A stretch of 64,000 nt of DNA, taken from positions 1,567 through 65,566 of the forward strand of contig JBFJXW010000001.1 in NCBI GenBank assembly GCA_041622895.1, read 5' to 3'. Position 1 is the first letter of the stretch. Every line of letters begins with the position of its first letter. The translations under genes and the position numbers were made by a program. Below the pieces are notes generated by a model that was not told where the DNA came from, did no database searches, and saw only the letters and a program-made list of their open reading frames with translations. Positions 1 through 10,132 of this stretch are shown in pieces. This DNA comes from Desulfobulbus sp. GTDB taxonomy: Bacteria; Desulfobacterota; Desulfobulbia; Desulfobulbales; Desulfobulbaceae.

Positions 1-290
1 CGGTTCAGGGCCTGTGGTGCCGTCCGATACCGATATCCTTGCGGCATCAGCCTTGTCGTCCGGGTCAACTGGCTGTTTGAACGCTTGGTAATAGTTTTAA
101 TCAACTGATCTTCGGGCGATTTTAATCGCCGCGAGGGACGCTGGCTCAATTTATACCGACCGTTACCCGGGGTATTGGTGTAGTGACAGATCCCTCGCGC
201 ATCAACATAGGCGTACATAGCCGCACCAGCCGATACCGGCAGTGAAATCACCAGAAGGAGAAGCACTGTCAGGAGCGGGCGGAAATCCAT
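1..290 (-). CDS. secreted DUF4124-like protein, N-terminal part (gene continues past window start)
   Basis: Minus-strand ATG at 290-288, open to position 1 (not in the ORF track because there is no stop in the window). Translation MDFRPLLTVLLLLVISLPVSAGAAMYAYVDARGICHYTNTPG... gives a signal peptide plus a Y.YVD..G..HYTN motif that I associate with DUF4124. Confidence 0.5.
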   Translation of the reverse strand, partial: MDFRPLLTVLLLLVISLPVSAGAAMYAYVDARGICHYTNTPGNGRYKLSQRPSRRLKSPEDQLIKTITKRSNSQLTRTTRLMPQGYRYRTAPQALN

Positions 291-303
291 ATTTCACCTT
301 TCG

Positions 304-948
304 TTATTTTTGACGTTTTTCCCAGTCAGCAAGAAATTGTGCCATGCCGATATCAGTAAGGGGGTGTTTCGCCAGTTGGGCGATTACCTTGTAGGGAAGC
401 GTTGCAATATCGGCCCCGAGCAGTGCGGAATCAACAACATGCATCGGGTTGCGGACAGAGGCCACGATGACCTCGGTAGCAAAACCATAATTGCGCAGTA
501 TAGTCATTATATCGGCAACAAGATCCATACCGTTAACCGAAATATCATCCAATCGACCAACAAAGGGGCTGACATAGGATGCACCGGCCTTTGCAGCCAG
601 CAGGGCCTGGGAGGCGGAAAAAATCAGGGTCACATTGGTTTTGATCCCCTCGGCGGTCAACCGTTTCACGGCCTTGAGCCCCTCTTCGATCATGGGGATT
701 TTGATAACGATATTGTCCGCGATTTTCACCAGTTCACGGGCCTCAGCTACCATACCATCGGCTTCCAGACTGACAACCTCGGCACTCACCGGTCCATCAA
801 CCAATCCGCAGATATCGTGGAGTATTTCATTGAAGGGCCGAGGTTCTTTAGCCACAAGCGATGGATTGGTGGTGACGCCGTCAACCATGCCCAATGCCAA
901 TCCCTTTTTAATTTCTTCAATATTCGCGGTATCGATAAAAAACTTCAT
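304..948 (-). CDS. tal: short-form transaldolase / fructose-6-phosphate aldolase family
   Basis: 214-aa [16 protein letters not shown]...GVTTNPSL...VIKIP...TNVTLIFS...SPFVGRLDD are hallmark blocks of the ~215-aa Tal/FSA subfamily. Confidence 0.93.
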   Translation of the reverse strand: MKFFIDTANIEEIKKGLALGMVDGVTTNPSLVAKEPRPFNEILHDICGLVDGPVSAEVVSLEADGMVAEARELVKIADNIVIKIPMIEEGLKAVKRLTAEGIKTNVTLIFSASQALLAAKAGASYVSPFVGRLDDISVNGMDLVADIMTILRNYGFATEVIVASVRNPMHVVDSALLGADIATLPYKVIAQLAKHPLTDIGMAQFLADWEKRQK

Positions 949-1214
949 TTTTCTCCTTCTTCCGGTTCCCCGGTAAATTGATCACAGCACTGTTCACTAC
1001 AGAAATAATAGGTAACCCCGTCCTTGCGCAGGCGGATAGCCTGATGCTTCGGCACAAGAACGTGACAGACAGGATCCTCAACAAGCACATCCTGCAATTC
1101 GGAATCATGGTCTTGAATACTTTCATCAACCTGTTTTTGCCCCTTATTTTTTCGAAGCAAGCGCCAGGCGATATAGAAAAGAATGGCAAGAACCAACAGA
1201 CGCAAGGGAGTCAT
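945..1214 (-). CDS. membrane-anchored YHS/TRASH-domain protein
   Basis: 89 aa. N-terminal TM helix ([17 protein letters not shown]), then DPVCHVLV...[16 protein letters not shown], the YHS-type Cys motif. The stop overlaps the tal start by 4 nt. Confidence 0.75.
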   Translation of the reverse strand: MTPLRLLVLAILFYIAWRLLRKNKGQKQVDESIQDHDSELQDVLVEDPVCHVLVPKHQAIRLRKDGVTYYFCSEQCCDQFTGEPEEGEK

Positions 1215-1356
1215 GTGCGTTGCACACCCGATGCGGCCAGTGTTTGTCCTTCTTTTCTCAACATGTTTGCATTATATCCGGGGGAATGTAAATGTCTAAT
1301 TGATTCGTCCGGATAAAAGTCTTTTTTCAGAACGTTGCGTAAAAGGAAATAGGTCG

Positions 1357-1917
1357 TCATTTCGGCCAGCTTATCCGTTCAACAATTTGCAGGTCATCTC
1401 TCTCCATCTGAGCGTGCAGCAAGTCCCGCACTTTTTGATTGATCAAGGGATGGAGACGGTCACCAGCAATTTCGTCCAGAGGCATGAGGACAAAAAGCCG
1501 CTCATGCATTCGCGGATGAGGAATTTCCAGATCGCTCGATTGAACGATAAGATTTCCATATAACAGCAGGTCAAGATCAAGGGTTCGATCCTGGTACCCG
1601 GCTGCCCCTGCATGCCGAACACGACCGAAACGGGCTTCGACAGCCTGCAAGACGCGCAAGAGGCCCAAAGGAGACAGGGTGGTCCGGATCAGGGCTGCTG
1701 CATTAACAAACCAGTTGGCGCTGACCATCCCGACCGGACGGCTGCTGTACGGCGAAGAAAGGGCGACAGGAATGATGGCCGGATGATTCCGCAACTGCTC
1801 CCAGGCAGAGTGGAGAATTTCGAGGGAGCTGCCCAGGTTTGAGCCCATCCCGATGCAGGCTTCCTGGCTTCCGGCCCCCACGTGACAATCATTTATTTGG
1901 GAATTATCACTGTGCAA
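1357..1917 (-). CDS. folK: 2-amino-4-hydroxy-6-hydroxymethyldihydropteridine pyrophosphokinase (HPPK)
   Basis: IGMGSNLG..., RTLDLDLLLYG and HPRMHERLFVLMPL motifs. The true start is probably internal (GTG/ATG shortly before IGMGSNLG). Confidence 0.88.
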   Translation of the reverse strand: MHSDNSQINDCHVGAGSQEACIGMGSNLGSSLEILHSAWEQLRNHPAIIPVALSSPYSSRPVGMVSANWFVNAAALIRTTLSPLGLLRVLQAVEARFGRVRHAGAAGYQDRTLDLDLLLYGNLIVQSSDLEIPHPRMHERLFVLMPLDEIAGDRLHPLINQKVRDLLHAQMERDDLQIVERISWPK

Positions 1918-1986
1918 ATGCAGTATTCACGACAGGCAGAGCCTGGGGGAACAGTACTTCGGCTTTACCTGTCGTTCCTGAAAAAT

Positions 1987-2799
1987 TTAGAAATGAGCGA
2001 GATCGAGCACATCGAACATGGTGTACATGCCCTTCTCTTTGCCGGTGACCCAGGATGCCGCCAGGGCCGCGCCACGGGCAAAATTATCGCGACTGGTTGC
2101 CCGGTGAGCAATTTCCAGCCGTTCGCCCGCACCGGCAAAATAGACGGTGTGCTCGCCGACGATATCACCGCCGCGGATGGTTTGAATACCGATCTCCTTA
2201 TCCGTGCGCTCGCCGATAATACCGTTGCGCTCCATGACTCCAACCTCGGCCAGATCCCTGCCCAAGGCTGCCGCCGCCATCTGCCCGAGTTTCAGGGCTG
2301 TGCCCGAAGGCGCATCTTTCTTCATCCGATGATGGGCTTCGACAATTTCCACATCATAGGCATCACCGAGCACTGCTGCTGCCTTCTCCACCAGCTTGAA
2401 AAGCACATTCACTCCGACCGCCATGTTGGGGGATTGGACACAGGGGAAATGGCCTTCGGCTAGCTCTTTGATCGAGGCCAGTTCTTCAGCACGGAGTCCG
2501 GTGGTTCCGATGACCATGGCCGTTCCATGCTCGGCGGCCAGGCGGGCAAACTGCACCGTGGCGGTATGAAAGGTGAAATCGATGATTACATCGCCCCGGT
2601 CTATAACCGATTCCAGACCGGTGGAAATGACAACTCCGGTTTCGCCTAATCCGCTGATTGCACCCGCATCCTTACCAATAGCAGGATTCCCAGCCGCTTC
2701 AAAAGCGCCGCTCAGCTCCAGTTCGGGGTGCGCCAGCACCATGTGGATAATACGCTGCCCCATTCGTCCGGCGGCCCCGGCAACAATAACTCTGGTCAT
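1987..2799 (-). CDS. dapB: 4-hydroxy-tetrahydrodipicolinate reductase
   Basis: 270 aa. MTRVIVAGAAGRMGQRI Rossmann start, EAHHRMKKDAPSGTA catalytic block. Adjacent to dapA. Confidence 0.95.
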   Translation of the reverse strand: MTRVIVAGAAGRMGQRIIHMVLAHPELELSGAFEAAGNPAIGKDAGAISGLGETGVVISTGLESVIDRGDVIIDFTFHTATVQFARLAAEHGTAMVIGTTGLRAEELASIKELAEGHFPCVQSPNMAVGVNVLFKLVEKAAAVLGDAYDVEIVEAHHRMKKDAPSGTALKLGQMAAAALGRDLAEVGVMERNGIIGERTDKEIGIQTIRGGDIVGEHTVYFAGAGERLEIAHRATSRDNFARGAALAASWVTGKEKGMYTMFDVLDLAHF

Positions 2800-2834
2800 A
2801 TCTGTTTCCTCTTCTGTGGTCCTGATGGTCCGCC

Positions 2835-3716
2835 TTACAGCAACCCGCTTGCCGTCATGGTTTTCTTAAGCTGCTCGAAGCTGGCCGCATCCATTTGGGT
2901 CATAGGCAGGCGTACTTCACCTGAGGCAATTTTGCCCATGAGTTCCAGCCCTTTTTTGGCCGGGGCCGGACTCGGATAGCAAAACATAGCGCCCATGAGG
3001 GCGAACAGCTGATAGTGCAGTTCCCTGGCCTTGTTCACATCGTTATTCAAGGCTGCTTCGATCATGGCGGCCATTTTTCCCGGCTGCAAATTGGAAACCA
3101 CCGAGATAACGCCCTTACCGCCAACCAGTACGGTAGGCATGGCGGTAAAGTCATCGCCGGAAAGGATGATGAAATCGTCCGGACACAACTGCACCAGTTC
3201 GCTGACCTGATTGAGGCTGCCGCTGGCTTCCTTGATTCCGATAACATTGGGGAGTACAGCCAGGCGGGCAACGGTTGTCGGCAGCATATTGGTTACGGTC
3301 CGTCCCGGTACATTGTAGAGTACCATGGGGATATCGACAGCATCGAGAATAGCTTTAAAATGCTGGTACAACCCTTCCTGGCTGGGTTTATTATAATAGG
3401 GTACCACTGACAGCACCGCATCGGCGCCGCTGTTTTTCGCCGACTCGGTCAACTCGATGGCTTCCAGGGTGTTATTGGCCCCGGTTCCGGCAATGACCGG
3501 CACACGTCCGTTGACGGTCTTGGCGGTCAACTCGATTACCCGTTTATGCTCATCGAAGTTCAACGTTGCAGATTCGCCAGTGGTCCCGCAGGGGACAATC
3601 CCATGAATGCCATTGTCGATCTGAAACTCGATCAGATCGATCAATCCTTTTTCATTGATCCTGCCATCCTGCATAGGAGTTACCAATGCGGTTATCGCTC
3701 CCTCAAATCGCTTCAT
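2835..3716 (-). CDS. dapA: 4-hydroxy-tetrahydrodipicolinate synthase
   Basis: MKRFEGAITALVTPM...GTTGES...YNKP... blocks. Start moved to the internal ATG at 3716, which is preceded by AAGGAGAG; the ORF-track start at 3803 adds 29 non-homologous residues. Confidence 0.95.
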   Translation of the reverse strand: MKRFEGAITALVTPMQDGRINEKGLIDLIEFQIDNGIHGIVPCGTTGESATLNFDEHKRVIELTAKTVNGRVPVIAGTGANNTLEAIELTESAKNSGADAVLSVVPYYNKPSQEGLYQHFKAILDAVDIPMVLYNVPGRTVTNMLPTTVARLAVLPNVIGIKEASGSLNQVSELVQLCPDDFIILSGDDFTAMPTVLVGGKGVISVVSNLQPGKMAAMIEAALNNDVNKARELHYQLFALMGAMFCYPSPAPAKKGLELMGKIASGEVRLPMTQMDAASFEQLKKTMTASGLL

Positions 3717-3823
3717 TATGCTCTCCTTTTCTTCCTTCGTATTCCAGGACGGCAATTGCCGCTGATAGTACCATGCGTTGTCCTGGCGGACGGATGGTGA
3801 CAACCTGTGCGACCACCCTCTGT

Positions 3824-4663
3824 CTACTTGATAAGGGCTTCGGCAGTCAGCTCTCCGCGGTATATGAGATGGGCTGGCCCCTTGAGCAGCACCTGGTCAA
3901 CCGTGTCCCCCTTGTCGGCCGAAAACTGTACGGTAAGGGCAACGCCGCCCGAGGTCATCATCTCCACCGGTGAACCGGCAAGTCCTTTCGCTCCGGCAAT
4001 CAGAGCCCCAGCCACCACACCGGTTCCGCAGGCCAGCGTCTCATCCTCAACCCCGCGTTCATAGGTTCGTATCCGGAATCCGTGTTCTGACCGGTCAATG
4101 AAGTTGACATTGGTACCGGCCGGAGCAAATTGAGGGTGATGCCGCAACAAGCGTCCCAGTGCGATGACATCGACCGAATCAACCTGCTCGACAAAAATAA
4201 CCGCATGAGGCACCCCGGTGTCCACACTGTGCACCTCATACACCTGCCCTCCCACCTCAATGGGCCAATCCATGCGGTATGAGTGCGGAGGGGTCATCCG
4301 GATAGTGACATGGGTGTCGGCAACGGTGGCATCGATGATGCCGGCCAGAGTTTCAAATCGCATCCGTGCCGCGGCGATACCCTGCATATAGGCAAAACGG
4401 GCGACGCAGCGGGCCCCGTTGCCACACATCTCGGCCTCGGAGCCATCAGCGTTGAAAAACCGCCACTTAAAATCGGCCCGATCCGAAGGTTCAATTAAAA
4501 AGAGCCCATCAGCGCCCACCGAAAACTTTCGCCGACAGACCCGCCGGGCGAATTCGGCCATCTGCTCCCGGGGAATCAGCGGTTTTCGATGGTCGATAAT
4601 GATAAAATCGTTGCCCGCACCGCTCATCTTGCAAAACGGCACCGGCAGTTTAATGGTTCGCAT
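3824..4663 (-). CDS. dapF: diaminopimelate epimerase
   Basis: KMSGAGNDFIIIDHR, EMCGNGARC and ETLACGTG catalytic-Cys blocks. The ATG at 4663 is preceded by GGGAGGAG. Confidence 0.94.
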   Translation of the reverse strand: MRTIKLPVPFCKMSGAGNDFIIIDHRKPLIPREQMAEFARRVCRRKFSVGADGLFLIEPSDRADFKWRFFNADGSEAEMCGNGARCVARFAYMQGIAAARMRFETLAGIIDATVADTHVTIRMTPPHSYRMDWPIEVGGQVYEVHSVDTGVPHAVIFVEQVDSVDVIALGRLLRHHPQFAPAGTNVNFIDRSEHGFRIRTYERGVEDETLACGTGVVAGALIAGAKGLAGSPVEMMTSGGVALTVQFSADKGDTVDQVLLKGPAHLIYRGELTAEALIK

Positions 4664-4690
4664 AATCGGACTCCTCCCAGCTACCAACGA

Positions 4691-5755
4691 TCAGTGGATT
4701 ACCGTCACTTCCGGGGATTTGGCGCTCTCGTTGGCCGGACGCCGGCCATCGATGCTCGAAACCGAGTAATATAGCTCAACATTTTTAGGCGCCTTGGTAT
4801 CGATAAATATTGTATACGGTACCAGCACCGTCCCGACCATCACCGCTTTTTCCTCCGCTGCGGAACGGCGGTAGACTCGATACCCGGCAAGATCCCTGGA
4901 GTCGACCCGATTCCAGAATATTTTAATACCGACATCGGTCAAGATGCTCTGCACCTCTGCGGGAGTTGGCGGCGCGGTTCTATCCATTGGATTGGCATCC
5001 ACTGCAGCACTCATGCCGCTGCTTACGCTGCCCTGGTCATAGCTGTTGATGGCCTGCACCTGATAGGAATAGGATCGACCGTTCTCCACCAGCGTGTCAG
5101 TGTACGCGGTCGCCGCAGTGAGCTCGCCGACTTTGTCGAGAGTGCCGCCGTCAACACTGCGATAGACCTGATACTGCACCGGCACGGTCATTGGAGTGGT
5201 GTCCTGATGGCTGCTGACCGGCTGCCAACGGAGCGTAATTTTACCGTCTCCGGCCACGACGGTCACCCCTTCCGGAGCCATAGGCGGCGTTTGCCACAGA
5301 AAAGAAACGATATTGGAATCTTGAGACTGCCCCCACCAGCCGGTCCGGCTACGGACTTTATAAAAATAGAGATTGCCCGGCCGCAATACCGTTGCCTGAT
5401 AGGTCGCGGTTCTGCCGCCTTGCGGAGGCATGGAACCGCCGGGCAGCGAGATCGGCGAGGCGAAAGGGATCGGACAGGTCTCGCAATACGAATCCACCGA
5501 AACAACGGCTCGGTAGAGATCGAACCCGGCAATATCGGTCACATCATTACCGGTGACGGTTTCCCGAGGGTACCCCCAAAACAGGGTAACCCCTTTTTCG
5601 TCCAACTGGTAGTCGAGGTCAGTCACCGCCTTGGGTACTATTTGCTGAGGCGGGACCGGTTTGTCCTTATAGCCGCAACCGCCCAGGGTCAGGACAAGGA
5701 CAAATGGGACAAGGACAAGGGGCCACTGCATTACCTGTCTGCGGGAGCTGTTCAT
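4691..5755 (-). CDS. lipoprotein with three fibronectin-III-like repeats
   Basis: Signal peptide plus lipobox (VLVLTLGGC). Three ~90-aa repeats share a ...(F/R)W...Y.(V/L)YR... pattern. The start overlaps the argH stop. Confidence 0.8.
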   Translation of the reverse strand: MNSSRRQVMQWPLVLVPFVLVLTLGGCGYKDKPVPPQQIVPKAVTDLDYQLDEKGVTLFWGYPRETVTGNDVTDIAGFDLYRAVVSVDSYCETCPIPFASPISLPGGSMPPQGGRTATYQATVLRPGNLYFYKVRSRTGWWGQSQDSNIVSFLWQTPPMAPEGVTVVAGDGKITLRWQPVSSHQDTTPMTVPVQYQVYRSVDGGTLDKVGELTAATAYTDTLVENGRSYSYQVQAINSYDQGSVSSGMSAAVDANPMDRTAPPTPAEVQSILTDVGIKIFWNRVDSRDLAGYRVYRRSAAEEKAVMVGTVLVPYTIFIDTKAPKNVELYYSVSSIDGRRPANESAKSPEVTVIH

Positions 5756-7158
5756 GTTGTCATTCCTAAGAATTTCTCCACTTTTTCCAGGGCTTCCTCC
5801 ACCCTGACACCAGCTGTCCCCCCTGCGGAAATCCGGCTGTTCACCGATCCGTCCACGGAGAGCACCTCAAAAATATCCGTTGCAATCAACTCGGAAAACC
5901 CCTGCAATTCGGCAAGGGTCAGATCGACAAGTTCACAATCACGTTGCTGACACAAGGCGACAATGCGGCCCACCACGCCATGTGCCTGCCGGAAAGGCAT
6001 ATTGCGACGCACCAGGTAATCGGCCAGGTCAGTGGCCGTCATGAAACCGCCGACGGTTGCCGAACGCAGCCGCTCGACTTTGAATTCGGTATTGTCCAGA
6101 AGCTCGGCAGTAATAGACAGACTGGCCTTGACGGTATCCAAAGCATCGAACACCGGTTCCTTGTCTTCCTGCAGATCCCGGTTGTAGGTGAGCGGCAACC
6201 CTTTCACCGTCATCAGCAGCGACATGAGGGCGCCGGTCACCCGTCCGGTCTTGCCGCGGATCAGTTCAGGAATATCGGGATTTTTCTTCTGCGGCATGAT
6301 CGACGATCCGGTACAGTAGCGGTCGCCGATGGTGACAAACTCAAATTCCTTGGACGACCAGAGCACCAGTTCCTCGGCCAGACGGCTGAGATGGAGTTGA
6401 ATCAGGTTCAGGCAGAACAGGAGTTCCAGGGCAAAATCGCGATCTCCGGTGGTGTCCATGGAATTGGCGGTAACGGCGGCAAAACCGAGATCATCCGCCA
6501 CGGATTGACGGTCAATCGGCAAGCCGGTACCGGCCATGGCCGCCGCCCCCAAGGGCATAATGTTGATCCGCTGCCGGCAACCCGCAAGCCGGTCTCGATC
6601 GCGCTGGAACATCTCGACATAGGCAAGGAGATGATGAGAAAGCAGCACCGGCTGGGCCCGCTGAAGATGGGTATAGCCAGGCATGACCGCACCGAGATAC
6701 TTTCGTGCCCGTCGGGCAAAGGCCTGCTGGGCCTGACAGAGCAGGCTATCCAGAGCATCGGCTTCATCACGCAGGTAGAGACGAAAATCCAGATTGACCT
6801 GATCGTTGCGGCTGCGAGCGGTGTGCAGCTTGGCCCCAGCCGGACCGATCCGGTCGGTCAGGGCCTTTTCGATATTCATGTGGATATCTTCCAGCTCGGG
6901 CTTAAAGACAAACTCGCCCCGCTCGATCTCTGCTTCGATTGCTGACAGGCCGTGATCGATCGCTTCGCCTTCCTCGGCGGTAATCAGCCCCTGGCGCACC
7001 AGCATGCGCGCATGGGCCTTGGAGCCCATGATATCATGACGGTAGAGCCGTGCGTCGTAGTGGATCGAGGCGCTGAAGGCCTCGACCGAAGCGGCGGTCG
7101 CTTCAGAAAAACGACCACCCCACATTTTGCCGGATTGTTGATTGCTGTCCAAGGTCAT
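5752..7158 (-). CDS. argH: argininosuccinate lyase
   Basis: 468 aa. MWGGRFSE..., GSSIMPQKKNPD signature of the fumarate-lyase/ArgH family. Confidence 0.97.
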   Translation of the reverse strand: MTLDSNQQSGKMWGGRFSEATAASVEAFSASIHYDARLYRHDIMGSKAHARMLVRQGLITAEEGEAIDHGLSAIEAEIERGEFVFKPELEDIHMNIEKALTDRIGPAGAKLHTARSRNDQVNLDFRLYLRDEADALDSLLCQAQQAFARRARKYLGAVMPGYTHLQRAQPVLLSHHLLAYVEMFQRDRDRLAGCRQRINIMPLGAAAMAGTGLPIDRQSVADDLGFAAVTANSMDTTGDRDFALELLFCLNLIQLHLSRLAEELVLWSSKEFEFVTIGDRYCTGSSIMPQKKNPDIPELIRGKTGRVTGALMSLLMTVKGLPLTYNRDLQEDKEPVFDALDTVKASLSITAELLDNTEFKVERLRSATVGGFMTATDLADYLVRRNMPFRQAHGVVGRIVALCQQRDCELVDLTLAELQGFSELIATDIFEVLSVDGSVNSRISAGGTAGVRVEEALEKVEKFLGMTT

Positions 7159-7160
7159 GG

Positions 7161-8360
7161 TTATCCGTTTTTCCTCAGGGCCTGGATGCGCAGGCGCAGG
7201 GCATTGAGCCGGATAAAACCGGTCGCGTCGGCCTGGTTGTAGACCTCATCTTCTTCAAAAGTGGCAAAGGACTCGGAATAGAGCGAATGATCGGATTTCC
7301 GGCCCACTGGAATACAGTTGCCCTTGTACAATTTGAGGCGGACCGTACCGCTGACCGTCGTCTGGGCATCATCCATGGTACGCTGCAACAGCTTCATTTC
7401 CGGCGAGAACCAGAACCCGTTGTAGATGAGTTGCGAGTAGCGCGGTACCAGGGAATCCCGGATGCCAAGCACTTCCCTGTCCAAGGTAATGGTTTCCAGA
7501 TCGCGGTGCGCTGCCCGCAGGATGGTGCCGCCGGGGGTTTCATAGACACCACGGGACTTCATGCCGACAAAGCGGTTCTCCACCATATCGAGCCGGCCGA
7601 TGCCGTTCTCCCCGCCCAGGGTATTAAGCCTGGTCATCAGGGCCACCGGCCCGAGCCGTTCGCCATCGATGGCCACCGGCGTGCCCTGCTCGAAATCGAT
7701 CTCAAGGTAGGTCGGCCGGTCGGGAGCCTTTTCCGGCGAGACCGTCAGTTTGAACATGTCCTCGTCCGGTTCGTTCCATGGATCCTCAAGGATGCCGCCC
7801 TCAAAGCTGATGTGGAGCAGATTCTCATCGGAACTGTAGGGGTTCTTTTTGGTTACCGGCACCGGAATGTTATGTTCCTTGGCAAAGGCAACCAGTTTCT
7901 GCCGGGAGTTCAGATCCCAGATTCGCCAGGGAGCGACGATGGTCAGTTTCGGATCGAGCGCCAGATAGCTGAGCTCGAAGCGCACCTGATCATTGCCCTT
8001 GCCTGTGGCGCCGTGGCTGACGGCATCTGCCCCTTCTTCGGCTGCGATCCGCACCTGTTCCTTGGCAATCAGCGGCCGGGCCAGCGAGGTACCCAGCAGA
8101 TACGAACCCTCATAGATCGCGTTGGCGCGAAAAGCCGGAAAAATATAATCGCGGACAAATTCCTCGCGCAGGTCGGAGATAACCACCTTTTCCGCACCGG
8201 TGGCCATGCCTTTGGCCCGGACCGCATCCCAGTCTTCTTTCTGCCCGATGTCAGCTGAATATGCGATGACCGAACAGGCATATTCGCGTTCCAGCCATTT
8301 CAAAATAACCGAGGTATCCAACCCGCCGGAATAGGCGAGGACAATCTTTTTCACACTCAT
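7161..8360 (-). CDS. argG: argininosuccinate synthase
   Basis: 399 aa. [12 protein letters not shown]-loop-like motif and [13 protein letters not shown] block. Confidence 0.97.
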   Translation of the reverse strand: MSVKKIVLAYSGGLDTSVILKWLEREYACSVIAYSADIGQKEDWDAVRAKGMATGAEKVVISDLREEFVRDYIFPAFRANAIYEGSYLLGTSLARPLIAKEQVRIAAEEGADAVSHGATGKGNDQVRFELSYLALDPKLTIVAPWRIWDLNSRQKLVAFAKEHNIPVPVTKKNPYSSDENLLHISFEGGILEDPWNEPDEDMFKLTVSPEKAPDRPTYLEIDFEQGTPVAIDGERLGPVALMTRLNTLGGENGIGRLDMVENRFVGMKSRGVYETPGGTILRAAHRDLETITLDREVLGIRDSLVPRYSQLIYNGFWFSPEMKLLQRTMDDAQTTVSGTVRLKLYKGNCIPVGRKSDHSLYSESFATFEEDEVYNQADATGFIRLNALRLRIQALRKNG

Positions 8361-8408
8361 AATCCTGCTCTGATCATGCTCCCCGGGGAGCGTAAATGTT
8401 AACGGTTC

Positions 8409-9332
8409 TTATTTGAGGGTACCGGCAATAAAGTGTTCCAATATCGCCTTGTGCAGATGCATTTTGTTTTCCGCCTGATCAAAGACCACACTCTGCGGTC
8501 CTTCCAGCACCTCTTCGGTTATTTCCTCACCGCGGTGTGCCGGCAGACAGTGGAGGACGATCGCTTCCTTGTCAGCCTTGGCCAGCAGCGCGTTGTCCAG
8601 TTGATAGGATTGAAACAGTCCCAGCCGCTTCTCCTGTTCCGCTTCCTGTCCCATGGAGGCCCAGACATCAACATTGACCACATCCGCCCCGCGGATGGCC
8701 TCAACGGGATCACGCAGCACGTCAATCGGATGCGGACTTCGGCCACGAGACTGCGTCAGGATCGCCTCATCAGGCTCGAAACCGTCCGGACAGGCCAGCT
8801 TCAACGGGAAGCCGAAGATCGAGGCAGCCTCGATCCAGGAATTGGCCATATTGTTACCATCCCCTATCCAGGCCATCTGTACGGACTCCAAATTGCCTTT
8901 TTGTTCAAGGACGGTCATCATGTCACTGAGCACCTGACAGGGATGATAGAGATCCGTCAGGGCATTGATCACCGGAACCGTGGCGTATCGGGCCAGTTCT
9001 TCCACCACGTTCTGGCCGAAGGTACGAACGACGATTGCATCGACGTAACGGGACAGGACTCGAGCGGTGTCTTTCAATGGTTCACCGCGGCCCAGTTGCG
9101 ATTCTTTGGCCGACATGAAAATAACCTGCCCGCCCAGTCCGTACATGGCTGCTTCAAAAGAAACCCGTGTACGGGTCGATGGTTTTTCAAAAAGCAGACA
9201 AATTTTGTATCCTGCCAATTGCTGATGGCGGACGCCGTTTTTACTTTCAGCCTTCAGCGTAATCGCCCGGTCAATCAACGACTGCAGTTCTTCCCGAGTA
9301 AAATCTCCTAATGCCAACAAATGCTTGTTCAT
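8409..9332 (-). CDS. argF: ornithine carbamoyltransferase
   Basis: 307 aa. FEKPSTRTRVSFE, HPCQVLSD and HCLPAHRGEE motifs. Confidence 0.96.
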   Translation of the reverse strand: MNKHLLALGDFTREELQSLIDRAITLKAESKNGVRHQQLAGYKICLLFEKPSTRTRVSFEAAMYGLGGQVIFMSAKESQLGRGEPLKDTARVLSRYVDAIVVRTFGQNVVEELARYATVPVINALTDLYHPCQVLSDMMTVLEQKGNLESVQMAWIGDGNNMANSWIEAASIFGFPLKLACPDGFEPDEAILTQSRGRSPHPIDVLRDPVEAIRGADVVNVDVWASMGQEAEQEKRLGLFQSYQLDNALLAKADKEAIVLHCLPAHRGEEITEEVLEGPQSVVFDQAENKMHLHKAILEHFIAGTLK

Positions 9333-9510
9333 AACACTTTCTCATGTAATCCGGGAACGACTCAGCATGTCCGCATTTCGGCTCCATTGCGCCCTGCAAT
9401 ACCGATCGTCCACTCAGGTAAAAAAATAATGGATACAAAAAAACAAGGCGTTTGCAAAGGGATTTCACCAAAGCGTACCTGATTGCCGATGTTTGCAACC
9501 GAAAAGATTT

Positions 9511-10101
9511 TCAGTTGACGACTCCGGCAACCGCCTTGTCAAAAAAAAGGGCAGTGAGAAGGATTTTCAGACCGATAATGATCAGGATTGTTCCACCGGC
9601 AACCTCGACCCGTTTCCCCCAGAGCTTGCCAGCCCGTGTTCCGAGAAAAAGCCCTATAACGGTAAAAAGACAGGCCACCAAACCGATCACCAGCGAAGGA
9701 ATCCAAACCACCACATCAATCATTGCCAGCGTCAGCCCCACGGCCAATGCATCGATACTGGTGGCAACGGAAAGCGCCACCATGGTCATCCCCCTGCTGG
9801 GGTCGGTAGCACGCTCTTCTCCCTCCACTGCGGTCAGTGCCTCGTAGACCATGCGCCCGCCGATGGTCATGAGCAGAAGAAAGGCCAGCCAGTGGCTCCA
9901 GGCGGCAACAAAGGATTGGACGGTTAAACCCGCCAGCCAGCCGATCACCGGCATCAGTCCCTGAAAAAGACCAAAATGAAAGGCGAGGCGGAAGCAGGGG
10001 CGGAACGTCAGAGGACGAAGAATGGCCCCCGCTGCCAGCGCCACGGCAAAAGCATCCATGGCCAACGCCACGGACAGGGCGACGAGAGAAAAACTATCCA
10101 A
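9511..10101 (-). CDS. mntP: manganese efflux pump MntP (DUF204)
   Basis: 196 aa. Duplicated ...MDAFAV... / ...SIDALAVG... acidic TM motifs and colinearity with E. coli MntP as I recall it. Confidence 0.85.
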   Translation of the reverse strand: MDSFSLVALSVALAMDAFAVALAAGAILRPLTFRPCFRLAFHFGLFQGLMPVIGWLAGLTVQSFVAAWSHWLAFLLLMTIGGRMVYEALTAVEGEERATDPSRGMTMVALSVATSIDALAVGLTLAMIDVVVWIPSLVIGLVACLFTVIGLFLGTRAGKLWGKRVEVAGGTILIIIGLKILLTALFFDKAVAGVVN

Positions 10102-10132
10102 AACTTACCATATCGCTGGGGAATATCGACAC

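Noticed and set aside
10102-10132. Expected yybP-ykoY Mn riboswitch upstream of mntP.
   Set aside because: Only 31 nt separate the argD stop from the mntP start, too short for the ~100-nt riboswitch. Recorded as a finding about its absence rather than as a feature.
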